Source of the DNA: Sminthopsis crassicaudata
Lineage: Eukaryota
NCBI RefSeq assembly: GCF_048593235.1
Contig: NC_133620.1
Span: forward strand, 452,567,261-452,631,260
Direction: 5' to 3'
Length of the DNA: 64,000 bases
The notes below the pieces were generated by a model that did not search any database, was not told the DNA's origin, and saw only the letters and a list, made by a program, of their open reading frames with translations. The translations under genes were made by a program, and so were the position numbers. Below, piece by piece: positions 23,369-35,300 of this stretch (the first letter of the stretch is position 1; every line of letters begins with the position of its first letter).

Positions 23369-24859
23369 TTATTTTAGTAGATTTCCGCGGCTTTTTCGTT
23401 CTCCGGCCCGGACTCGGCCGCCCCCTTCCCCTCCCCCACCCCACGCCCTCCTTCAGGGGGCGCCCCAGCTTCGGACTAAAGGGAGGCCGTTGGGAGGCCC
23501 GTGTCCTGGTTTTTGGCTTTGGGCCCAGGCCCGTGATTGATTGACTGGGAGGGAACTCCGTTTGTGCCGGGGGTGGGGCGCGTGGCCCGAGGGTTCGGAT
23601 TTTGGGGCCAGGCCGGGCTCCCTAGGCCGCTAACTTCCGTGGGGCTGCGCCAGCTGCTGGGGCGCGCTGTCCCAAAGCCAGCTGTTTCGGACTAGTTATT
23701 TCTCTCCCCATCTTCCCCCCTCCCCCCCCCCAGTTAGCGTTTATAGCATGCGTCTTTTGAAAGCCCTTTATCCGCACCGGCCGCCGCAGGGAGCAGGTGC
23801 TATTACACAGGAGGAAACTGAGGCAGGCGCGTGTTGTGGGCTGCCCAGGGCCACCAAGTCCGAAGTTTACTGACGCCGAGTCCAGGTCCAGCACTTTATC
23901 CACTGGGCCCCTAGCTTTCTCAGTCATTTAGAGTCCTCCCTGACCCAGAATGCCACGAATAAAAAGGGGGAGAGGGAGGGCGCCCAGGAAAACTTACCAA
24001 TTCCAATACCTAGAGGCACAGGGGGTTCTTCAGCCGCAGTCCCCCACCTCTGGAGAGAAATCTGTACATCTTCTCATCTGGTCTCCTGAAGTCACAACTG
24101 TTCATTCCAATGACTGTTTTCCATTTTTGGTGCGATTCTTTCCACGTACACATTCAAGCCTCCGATTGCCTCTTAAGGGGGGCCACTCATCCCCAGTTCC
24201 TGATTTCATGGGGGGGGGCCCTTAGCAAAAATTAATTACCTTTCATCATCCTCACCTGGGGGTTGTCAAATGATCAGTGCATTGTGCAGAAATGCAATCT
24301 AAATGCAGCTAAACCTCTCCCCAGGCGTGACTTCTGGGCTTCTGGCAACTGAGGGGGATCCTTTATTGATTGACATGGACTGGGCGTACCTTCAAGTTTG
24401 CCAAGTATTTAAGAATATTTTCTTTGGATTTCAAAATTCTTTCGGGTTAGCTACCTAGGATTAGCTCCATTTTACAGATGAGACTGAGGAGGAAGGAGTG
24501 AAGTGCCTTACTTTCTCTGCCTGGGATGATACCCTTTAGAATACTTCCAATATATCAGGTTTTCCCTGCTCTCTGTTCTCCCTATCCTCTTCTGGCCGTA
24601 TCTTGGGACCCTTCCTCATAATGTTTGTCTTCTGGTTTATCAAAACCCTTCTTACAACGTGCCCCAAACTAAGCCTGGAACCAGAGAGAAGGCAGGGCCA
24701 GGCCAGGGGACAGCAGAGCTATCAGCCAACCTGCAGCCCCATGTGCTGCTAACCCCTGCAGCTTGGCGTTCCAACAGCTGCTGTTGGAGACTTAGCTGCA
24801 GTAACCAGGAACTCAGACGAAAATGATGAGACAGGAAATCGCTCAAAAATGCTAACCCC

Positions 24860-24920
24860 TTGTGTGACCCTGGGCAAGTCACTTAACCTCAATTGCCTCA
24901 GCAAAAAAAACAACAAAAAA
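24860..24920 (+). mobile_element. 5'-truncated marsupial SINE 3' end
   Basis: tgtgtgaccctgggcaagtcacttaacctcaattgcctcagcA-tail, nearly identical to the 3' half of the 16208 element. Confidence 0.8.
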
Positions 24921-25973
24921 GTATCTCCCTCAGGTGACAGTTTCTGAAATTCTACCAAAATCTAGGGAGGAACATTAAGGAATATCAGTTCAGAAAAGGT
25001 GTCAGGTGACAAGATGAATGGATCAAGTGAAGCCTTGGAATTATCTTTAACCTTAAAGGTAATGTTACTTAAAAAAAAAAAAAGGAAGAAATCTTAACCA
25101 AACCAGCAGATTATCACAAAAAGTAAAGTGTGACCAGGTGGTGCAGTGGGCAGAGCAACAGTGCTGGAGATCCAAAAGGTCTGAGCTCAAATGCCGTGTT
25201 AGATACTTACTAGCTCTGTGGTCCTGGATAACTGATTAGCCTCAGTCTCTTCATCTGTAAATAACATCTCTGGGGCACGTGGTAGTCACCCCATAAACGT
25301 TAGTGATTATCCCAGATTGGACCTGGCATTGGCAGCAGGCCGTCCTAACCTTTTCCCACTAGTGCAGGACACTGGCACCTTCTCTGTGACCGCAATCAGA
25401 GAAAACTGAAGATCTTCAAAGAAATCAATGCAGCCATCATAACAAAGCAAGCCACTGATTGGGGAAAGGAATAAGCCTGACAAGGTTTGGATATCTAGGA
25501 CACATAGAGAAATAATGCAGCACATAACCCTGAGATCCCGCCCTAGAAAAGTGATTAACAGATATAAAAAGTTCTTAAAAGAATTACCACATGAAAGATA
25601 ATTCTAAATTACTAGTAGTAAGAGGAATGCAAATCAATTTGTGGTTAATATATGGAAAAGATTCTTACCTAGGGGCTGTGAGCATCTTTTAATATTCTGA
25701 CTACAACTTTGATATTGATTTCCTTGATAAACCTATGGATTTTCTTCAAGGGGATATTGAGTAAGGTCATGGGGAGTCTCCAGACTTAGTTTGTTCTAGG
25801 AGGGGGCTAGTTCCTCCCTTAGGAGGAAGGAGGTATTTCTGTTCATGGGATGAGGTTTAGCAGGACTTAAGAGCCTGGCATTTCAGAGACCAAGACTAGC
25901 TGCAGGCTTTCAGACAGGCTTCCTGTGCCCACGGGTGCCACCCCAAGTAGGAAGCAGACAGAATGATCACTTA

Positions 25974-25979
25974 TTTATT
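25974..25979 (-). terminator. Probable GIT1 polyadenylation signal AATAAA
   Basis: Plus-strand TTTATT about 1.4 kb past the GIT1 stop. The UTR also carries Pumilio-type TGTACATA (26831-26838) and TGTAAATA (27057-27064) on the minus strand. Confidence 0.7.
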
Positions 25980-27373
25980 TTTGATACAAATGTACATGAC
26001 ACACAGCTGACAGTCAGCCCACCCACCACCACACAGACATGGCCCAGCCCCCAGCCCCAAATGGGGTGGAGTGTTTGGGGTGAGGAAGGAGAGGAGCCGG
26101 AGAGTCCCACCCCTGCCAAGATAACATGGCATGCCTCTATAGCCCTGGCGAGGGACAGCGCCCCACACTTTGGAACCCGTGCCTCCCAGTGGGCCTTGGG
26201 GTGGTTAGGGGTTTGGGAAGGGACCAAGATGGCAAGAACTTAGGCCTGGCAGATGAGTTAGGGACCCTAGGGGAGCCAGCCCCAGGCTTCGGGTCCTTTG
26301 CCCTCTGGCAAGGCAGAGTAATTCCTTCCCAGCACCCAGGCTCCTCCCAAGTGAAGTGGGGCAGGGCATTTGAGTTTTAAGGCCACAGCTCCTCTTTGTA
26401 GAAAAAAGGGGAAGCTGGGGGGGAGGAGGGTGAAAAAGGGTATAGGGCTGGGGATCGTAGCTGGTACAACACAACTCGTCAAGTTGGCATGGCTCTGCCC
26501 AGGGCAGGGAAGAGGGAGGCTCCAGCTGGTCACACCCGCCCCCCTGTCCTCGTTTTTTTTCCCTTCCTTCCCCCCCATCCCAATCCAAAAAAAAAAAAAA
26601 AATCCCAAAGGGAGCAGGCTTGCAGGACGGCACTGCCGCCCCCTCACTCACACTCAGGCACACAGGGACACTCAGTTACCACAAAGTTAAAATTAAGAAA
26701 AACGATTTCCAGTGTTTGCTGCTGGGAGCCCCCGAGCAGGAGCGGAGCCCACACCAGGGGCAGGGGCCGTTTGGCATTAGAGAGCAGCCGAGGGGCTGGT
26801 GGCTACAGGAAAGGGGACATCCACGGGTACTATGTACAGGGTGGGGGGGTGCCCCCCGCTCAGCCCACGAGGGGACTAAACTGGCTCATGGGGGTGGGTG
26901 TGCGTGTGTGGGGAGCGGACCCCAGCATGGAGTGTCCCTTCCCCCTGATCCTTTGCTGAAGGAGCCTAGGGAGGCGGGGAAGGAAGGGGCTGGGGGACCA
27001 AGGGAGCAGTCCTAGTGTTCTCACCCCCACCCTGGATCTCTGCTAGGGAAAGGTCCTATTTACAATAGGGAGGTGGGAGGGGGCTGGGTCCCATTGCTTG
27101 GACTCTGTCCCTGAGTCACACCTCACTTCCAGTGGGCAAAGAGTCCCTTGCCACCCTCCTCACCCCCGTCCTTCCCGGGAGGGGGGGAGTGAGAGGGTGT
27201 TGGACACCAAGGCTCATGGCTGCTCGGCGAAGACGGCAGCGCTAAGGGCACTTGAGCCAGCGGCTACTTGGATGGGGAGGAGTGAGTTTGGAAGTGACCG
27301 GCTCCCTTGGCCCGGGAGGCCCCTAGGAGGGGAGGGCAGGGCAGGGAGGGCAGCCTGGGAGGGGGGAGCTTGG

Positions 27374-27586
27374 TCACTGCTTCTTCTCTCGGGTGGTGAT
27401 GGTCACCAGCTGCTTGGCTGCCTTGGCGATGTCATAGGCGCACTGAATCACCTGCTGCGTGAGCAGCTGGAAGTCCACAGGGGCCCCGGGCTCAGGGGGC
27501 ACTGTCTTACGGCATTCGCTCTGCAGCCTGTATGCACTGGCATTGAGAAGCCGGAGGGAGCTGCGCACGGGTTCCAGGGAGGGTCT
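27374..27586 (-). CDS. GIT1: GIT1 exon 21 (coding part)
   Basis: cctcag|RPSLEPVRSS...TITTREKKQ*; TGA at 27374-27376. Confidence 0.97.
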   Translation of the reverse strand, partial: RPSLEPVRSSLRLLNASAYRLQSECRKTVPPEPGAPVDFQLLTQQVIQCAYDIAKAAKQLVTITTREKKQ

Positions 27587-30500
27587 CTGAGGAAGGAAGG
27601 GCGCGGGGCGCTCAGGGGCTGCAGCTGCAGGCCCCCAGTGCAGGCCGGAGAGCCCCAAGGAGAGGCCGGGGGGGCTTCCCCTCATGCCAGACTCCCCCAG
27701 CCCTACCTTCGGGAAGAGGGAGGCCATCTCAGTCACTGCCAAATGAATCTTCTCTGAACAGGGCACGAAACTGGGAGGGGGAGAGAGAAAGGGAGGGAGC
27801 ATTTACCACCTGGGGGGGGGGTTGTCTGTCTGTGCATGTGTTAGTTTACATGTATGAATGTGTCAGTGTGTGACTGTGTCAGTGTCTGTAAATGTACGTG
27901 TGTGTGTGGCTGTGATGTGTGTATGTAGGTGAAGGTGTGTGCATGCGTGTGTGTGGGGGCGGGAGCATGTCCTGTGCTCGCAGGTTTGCGTGAGATGTCC
28001 CCTCACTTTCCCCTCCTTCCTCACTGCATGTGCAGGGTGCTCCCCCGGGGGCTGCCCCTGCCTGGGGTACCTGTCATGCTTGAACTCCTGGGCAGCCCGC
28101 AGTAACTCCTGGATGTTCTTGGTGACCTGCTCCGTTTTCAAAATGACGTCCTCCGTGCTGGGCAGGCCGGGGTCCAGCTCCCCATCCAGGCTTTCTAATT
28201 CAGGGTGAAAGTCTTCATCCTTCCCCAGATCCAAGAAACGTTTTCCTTCCAGCCTAGAGACAGGCCCAGAGTCGGAGCTCGTCCCCTCTCAGACAAGCGT
28301 TTGACGAGGCAGCGGGACCCTGGAGCCTCCCCCCACATAAACCCCTGACGGACGTGAGCACCTGAGCCACAGGCCCCAGACGTGCTCAGGCCCCACTGCC
28401 GAATCTCGAGAGGAGGGAGCCCGCAGGAATGCTCAATGTCAGAGGCGGGATTTGATTCCAGGGCCCCACCTCGGGCGGATGGGGCAAGTGGGGTGCTCAC
28501 CCAAGCAGCGGCTCCCCACTCTGAGTGTTATCGTAGTCGCTGTCGGCCCCGCTGCCGTGGCGGGAGAGTTTGCTCTGGAGAGGAAAAGAGTGGTCTGAAA
28601 TCGCCCCTCCCCCCTCCCTGGTCCTCCTCCCTCCCCTCAGAAGGGGGTGGGGCTGTGGCCCTTGGGAGCAGACCCAAAGGAGTCAGACTCATTACCATGT
28701 GGCGGCCTCCATCCTGTGTGCAGGACAGCAGCGGGGAGGAAGGCGGGAACGGTACAGACGAGGCAGAGACCCCCTTGCGGATCTGGAACCCAGAGCAGGG
28801 GCGGCTAAGTGCCAGGGTTTCTGATGTCTCCCAGCACAGGCTCCTCGGGGCACAGCCACAGCTGGAGGGACCCCGCAACCCCACCCCTCCATGCGGCAGG
28901 CAGGGAAACTGAGGCCGGGGGCTAAGGGACCCACACAGGCCCGAGCCGCTGCCAAGATCTCAAACCAGCGGGGATGGGGCCTCCGCCCACAGAGCTCGGG
29001 GAGCGCCGCGGCCCCACTTACCCGGTAGAGGCTGGCGGGGACGTGCACGGAGTACACGGAGTCGTCCTCCAGCTCCTGCGGACAGAAAGGGCGTTGGTGC
29101 GAGGAGGGGCCCCGACCCTCACCCGCGGGGCAGCCCCGGGCACTCACGCTGCCGTGGAAGGGCTGGAGCCGGGACGCGAGCTCGTCCCCAGGCTGGGCCC
29201 CAAAGGGCTTCAGGGCGGAGCCTGGCTCGTACATGGAGAAGGCCTGGCGGTCCCGGCGGTGGGCGGCCACGCCGGCGCCCCCGTGTCCGTGCTCTGCCCG
29301 CTCACTGGGCGCGGGGGCCGCCGGGGCGGGACCCGACTGCTGCCGGATCTGGGAGTTCTCCGACTGCAGCTTGTGGATCTGGGGGCAGAGGCAGAGGTCA
29401 CCCTCAGGCGGAGGCCGCCCTCCCCAGGAGCGCGGGGGTCCCCGGGGCACCGGGCCGTTCCCTGACCTCCCTCTGCAGTCTCCGGAGCTCGTCACTCAGG
29501 CTGCTGTTGACCTTCATCAGCTGCTGCACTTTGGCCTCCGAGGTGGCCAGCGCCTTCTTGAGCTCCAGGTACTCCTGCAGGGTGACCGCCCCCTCCGACA
29601 GGTCGGAGGAGTCCATGCTCTGGGGAGGAGGGAGAGAAGATGAGCACGCCTCTCCGCTCCGCCCCCAGCCGACTCCTCCCCCAGCCCTGACTCCTCCCCA
29701 CCCCCAGGCACCCTCTGAGGAAGGGCAGAGTCCAGCTCTGGGGGAGGGGCCATCAAGGCAAGGCCGGAAAGGGCCACGCCCCCGGAGAGTCGCGGGCAGA
29801 GGCAGGTCCCTCAGTCTCCCGAGCCAGGGCACGGCCCCTCCCCCGCCCCGCACGCACCCTGGCCCGGTTGTTGCGGGTGGCCCCGGCGCTGCGCAGGGGC
29901 TCCTGGTCCGTGTCCTCGTCCGAGGCCACGCTGTCGTAATCGTGCTGGTCGTCCACGTCGCTCTGGCTGCGCTGGGAGTAGTCAAGGTTGTCTGAGGAGG
30001 CAAAGGCAGACACATGGCGGCGGTCCGGGCCTGCCCGGGCTCCGGGGGGGGAGGGGGAGAAGGGAGTGTGACCCCTGAGCGGCGCCTAGGGACAGGGAGA
30101 CCTCCGTGGGGAGGCCCACGCCCCTCCCCCAAGGCTGCGGCAGGAGCAGGCAGTCCCGGCCCCGCCCCTAGCTGGCCCCGCCCCCGGCCCACCTGTGGGG
30201 CTGCTCAAGCTCTTGCCCTGCTGTCTCCGCTTGGCCTCGCTGAGGATGTCGATGATGAGAGTGGCGAACTCCCGGGCATTGAAGCGGGCGAGCTTCTGTC
30301 TCCCCTGCCAGGAGGGAGAGCCTGGGGTGAGCGGAGGTCCCGGCGGGGCGGGCTGGGGCGCCGGGCCCTCGGGCGGAGCAGCGCCTCCCAGTGCCAGCAG
30401 AGGCGGGGGCGGGGCTCGCGGGGACACACCCCGCTCCCTCAGGACGCTCCCCTCCCCTTACAGCCAAGGTGCCAGCCGAGCCGGGCTGGGCAAAGCTGGC

Positions 30501-32305
30501 ACGGCACCCAGCACCGATGGGCCAAGTAACGGCTCCGTCAAGGCTGCGGGGGCGCCAAGGGGAGAGAAGCTGAAACACCCACGTGAGGCCCCCCCAGCCC
30601 CCGCCCGGCCTCCCTCCCCTCCCCCGCTCGGCCCCTTCACCTGGTTCCGAGTGGCCGAGTACTCTGGGTTGACCGGGAGGAAGGGGACCGCGCTGCGCTC
30701 CGTCACCAGCGTGCTGTGGTTCTGGGTGGCCAGCCACACTGGGGGGAGGGGGAATGGGCCGTCAGTCACGCCGGGGGCGGGGGCTGCAACTTTAGGGGCC
30801 TCCTCGGAGGGGGGGAGGTGGCGGGGAGAGGCCCCAGAGCCAGGTAGGGCCGAAAAAGATCTGGGGGAGGGCGAGGCCGATGGGAGGGCAGATGTATGCG
30901 GGTGGGTGGGGAGAGAACGGCCCTTCCCCCCCCCAAGCTCCCCCTTAGTATTTGGGCTGGAATAGCTGTGGCCGGGAAGGAATGAAGGAATGGGGGTGGG
31001 GCCAGGAAAGAGGCGGGGAGGCCCAGAAGCCTGGCTCGGCGCCTCCAGCTTCCCTGCCTGCAGCTGCTGTGAGAGGCGCCTGCTCAGGCCGTCCGGGGCC
31101 ATCTTTCCTTCTCCCCTGGCCCCTCACCAGAGGTCACCTCAAACAGCAGCTGAGGAGCCGCCGGGACGCAAGTCCCCACAACGCCAAGCGGCGGAAAGCA
31201 CAAGTCCTGGCCCGGGTCCTGACTCGGAGCCCCCACGATCTCTCAGCGGACCTCAGTTTCCCCCAGTTACAGGATTGCCTGTAGCCCCCATGTCCCGATC
31301 TGATCTGCCTTAAGGCCCGGGGCTTGGGGCCCCAGCTTCTTTCTGCACGGGCCGCTAAGATCCCTTTCGGCTTCAAACCTCTGCACTCTCAAACACTGTC
31401 CCCCCCCCATGTCCGTGGCCCCTCCCCCAGCCCACCTGCATCGTTCTCTCTTCGATCCACCTCATCATAGACGTCCATGGCCAGCTCCTCAAACAGCCGG
31501 TTGCTCAGCTGTAGGCAAAGAAGGGGTCCGGCTGAGGGAGACAGCAGGGACCCCGCCCCCAACCCGAGAGCTGACTCAAAGTCTGTGGTGGGCAAGGACG
31601 GGAAGGCAAACACCCTGCCTGCCACCTGCCTCCCCCAGGTCCCGGCAACCCTACTGTCAGACTCCCCTGGCCCTGCCCGCTCTGCCCTGGCACCTGCCCA
31701 GCGGGGCTCAGGGCTACCTGCAGAGGAGCAGGTCAGATGAGGACAAAGAGTCCGCAGCCCGGAAGGTGATGGGGCAGGCCTGGAGAAAGTCGGGCACAAG
31801 GAAGATGGGGAATGCCCCGTTTTGAAGACGGGAACCATGGGGACGGGGCAAAGATGGGAGCGGGGTCAGGGGGACCATCGGGGCAGAGATGGAGAGGCCC
31901 AGACACCCTCACTCACCGCCTGCAGTTTCTTCTTTGCCGCCTTTGCCAGCTCCGACAGGTCCAGGCTTCGCGTGGGGAAGGTGAGGAATGGACGTCAGGG
32001 TGGGGGTGAGACACAGAGGACAGGCAGATAAGGCCCAGCCAGGTGCCCTCCCCCGTGCCGGGGACTTCCCCCACATGCAGGTGTCCTGGTGGAAGTGTGA
32101 AGTCCAGGCCCCTAGGAAAGGGGGAGCCCCAAACTCGTCCCTCCCCCCCAGTCCCTTGCAAAACGCCTGGCCCATGGGCACAATACCTCTGAGACATGCA
32201 CTTTTGGCGAGATCTAAGTCCAGGGTAAGGCAGCAGAGGAAAGAATAGGACAGAGGCAGTGGTTACCCGAGCGCAGGGCAGGGCTGGGGGCGCCTGCTCC
32301 TCCCA

Positions 32306-32347
<42 letters not shown>

Positions 32348-35300
32348 CATGCACTCTCTCCATCCCCACACAGCAGAGGCAGGAGCAGGAGCTAGGAGCT
32401 GGTAGAGAAAGGGCATCCACCAAGAAGCACATGGACGCCATCTGGGCCAAGCAGCCGGCGCCGCTCTCACCCACTGAGGGCAGTACCAAAATGCTCACGT
32501 CTGAATGGAAAAAGTAAAGGAAAAGATACACCCCCTCATGACCCGGGGGGGCGTTCTGGGGAAGATTCTTGTACAAGGAAGCCCAGGCAACAAAGCTGCC
32601 AGAGAGGGGCCTCCTCCCCTTTCTTTTCAGGATTGGCAGCTAAAGCCATGACAGTAGGCAAGGCTGCCATTTTGAAAGCAGCCACAAGAGGGCAGGAGCA
32701 TCTTCCCTATGGATGCCATGATCAAAGTGTGCCAGCTGGTCAATTTGACCACCCAGGATGGGGTGCCTGGAGGGAGGGAGAGAAGAGAAGCTTCTGGGAG
32801 CAAATGGAAACCCCACACGGCCTCCTCCCGGCTGTGGGACGAGATGGGACAGTCCCGAAGGGGCGGGCTGCCTGGTCAGAGCCTGCGTGGGCTCGGAGGG
32901 ACCCCAGAGGCCAGCTACTGGACCCCTGTGTGTTACAGACGGGCAAGCGGAGGCCCGGAAAAAGTCACAGACAGGCCACAGACTCGTAGATCTGCAGCAG
33001 GAATAAATAATAATAAAGATAGTCACAGCCAACATGTATTTAGTGCTTGAAGGTTTGCAAAACGCTTTACATTAAACTCACTGGATCTCCACATCAACCT
33101 GTTTTCTAGATGAGGAAATTGAGACAAACAGAAGTTAAATGACTTGCCCAGTTGACCCACGTGTCTGAGAGTGGGCATCTTCCTGCTGTAGCGCTCTAAC
33201 CACTGGGCCACCAAGCCGCCCTCTTCGACCTTCTAGCCCAATCTCTTCATTGGCCCAGGAAGATTAAGGGACTGAAACAGGCCTGGGACAGTAATCACAC
33301 CCCAGGGGTGGGACCTGAATCCAGGCCCTCAGATCCTCAAGCTATACTAGGATGCCTCTTCTATACCTAGTCCAGCCTCAGCTTACGGAGAGGACTGAGA
33401 CGGAGCGATCTGTCTCAGGCTGGGCCACGCACTGACTCACAGAGCCGGACCGGACTTCCTCTCAGCCTTGAGCCAAGTCGGAATAGTCCTGTACATTTAA
33501 TGCTCATGTATCAGACATCACTTATTACAGGCACTGTACACAGAGAGGGACAGCGAGGTGGCAACGATAGAGCAGCGGGACTGTGTGCGACTGAGCAGGT
33601 CACCTAACTTCTATTTACCTCAGTTTCTTCAACTGTAAAGTGGAGACGGCACCTCCTTCCCGGGGTTGTTATGAAAACTAATGAGATGATTGTAAAGTGC
33701 TTTAGCATACAGTAAGTGCTACATAATCGTTGGCAATTTTCCTCACTATCTTCTTGTTTGATAATGGCCAGGGCGCTGCTACTATTATACCCATTTTACA
33801 GATAAGCAAATCTGCCTGCAGGCAGTTAATACTCTGGGCATACCTGGGCGCTGTAAGGACCCTCAGTGCCCAAATCCATGAAGTGAGTCTGATTTTTACC
33901 ATTTTGAAATATCAGAGGAGAATAAAATGGGAGCTCCAGACTGACCAAGGTCTGGGGGGCAGCTGGACAAGAGGCTAGAGCCCCATCTAGCCCATTTTCC
34001 CCACCTTAGACAATGAATTAAAAAAAAAAAAAAACCTATAGATTTTAGGTTATAGGTCTCAGTACACCACATCCCCTCCTCCAAGTCCTTAAGGGGCTGG
34101 GGGCCTTAGCTTCTTCCTGTATAAAAGGAGGGGTTCCAGGCCCTCCCAGAGGGTGGTCATTTCCCTAGGTTGGGGTAACACTCACCTGTCAGCCATCTGC
34201 GGGATGATATAATGTCCATTCTTGTGATCTGAGCAAAACCAGAAATGCCAAGTCACCAGTGGGGATGGGCACAGCTGGCCCCGAGCCCTCCTCCTGGACT
34301 CCCACCTCTCAGTCCTGGGCCCTAAGCTCTGGGGCTCCCAACAGGCCAAGGGGAAGGAGAAGAGGTAGGCATTTGAGATGAGGAAAAAGGGGAGAAGGAA
34401 AGGTGAAGAAGCAGCAGCTGCTGGGATGTTGTACACATATACCACTCTGCCACACTCCCCCCAGCCCCCACCTTCATCCCTGCTCCTCCAAGAGCCTGGA
34501 CCCTAGGCAGTTTCACAGGAGCTGGTTGCTGGGCAACACTGCTCCCTAAGTGGCTTTGTTGCTACGGAGCCAGCTGCTGGGGTTGAGGATCAGGGAGGCC
34601 ATCCCCCAACTTGTGCCACCTTATACTCACCCGGCTTGCGTCCACACAGGTAGAAAGCTAGCCGGTCAGTCAGCTCATATTGGCACTCGACCAGCCTTTC
34701 TGCTAGCTCCTGGTGCCCAGCCTGCCTGCAGAGGGGGTATGTGGAGAGTATGGCTCAAGGGCAGGGCTTCTAGCACCCACCCAGAATCCTCCCTCTCCTC
34801 CAAAAGGTTCTTTCTGCAAGACCCTTTATCCCCAAACACTCACCTAGCATAGTCAATAGGAGTCCTTCCATTGATGTCGGGAGCACCTGGGTCAGCTCCA
34901 TATACAACCAGCAGCTCCGCCTGCAGCGTCTGCCCAGCCTTGGCTGCCACGTGCAAGGGGGTCGTGCCCTTCTCAGGATGGAAGAAGTTGGCTTGGGCTC
35001 CCAAGGACAGCAGGCGCAAACAGGTTTCCAGATTGCCAGTCCTCACACTGGAGTGTAATTGCTGCCCGGTGGGGAGAGAAAGGATTCAGGGCAGTCAGAG
35101 TCCAGTATCAACTCTGAGGGCATCCCATCCCTAGGGCATGACAACTCTGAAGGGCAGAACTATTCCATCCACCCTCAAAACAGAAAGTGCCTGGAAAGGA
35201 TGAGGAGCCAGTTAAATGTGTGTCAGGGGAGGGAGCATAACAAGAATGGGTAAATGAGGCTTAGTGCAATGGTAAATTCAGGGCAGGACCAGTCATGGAT

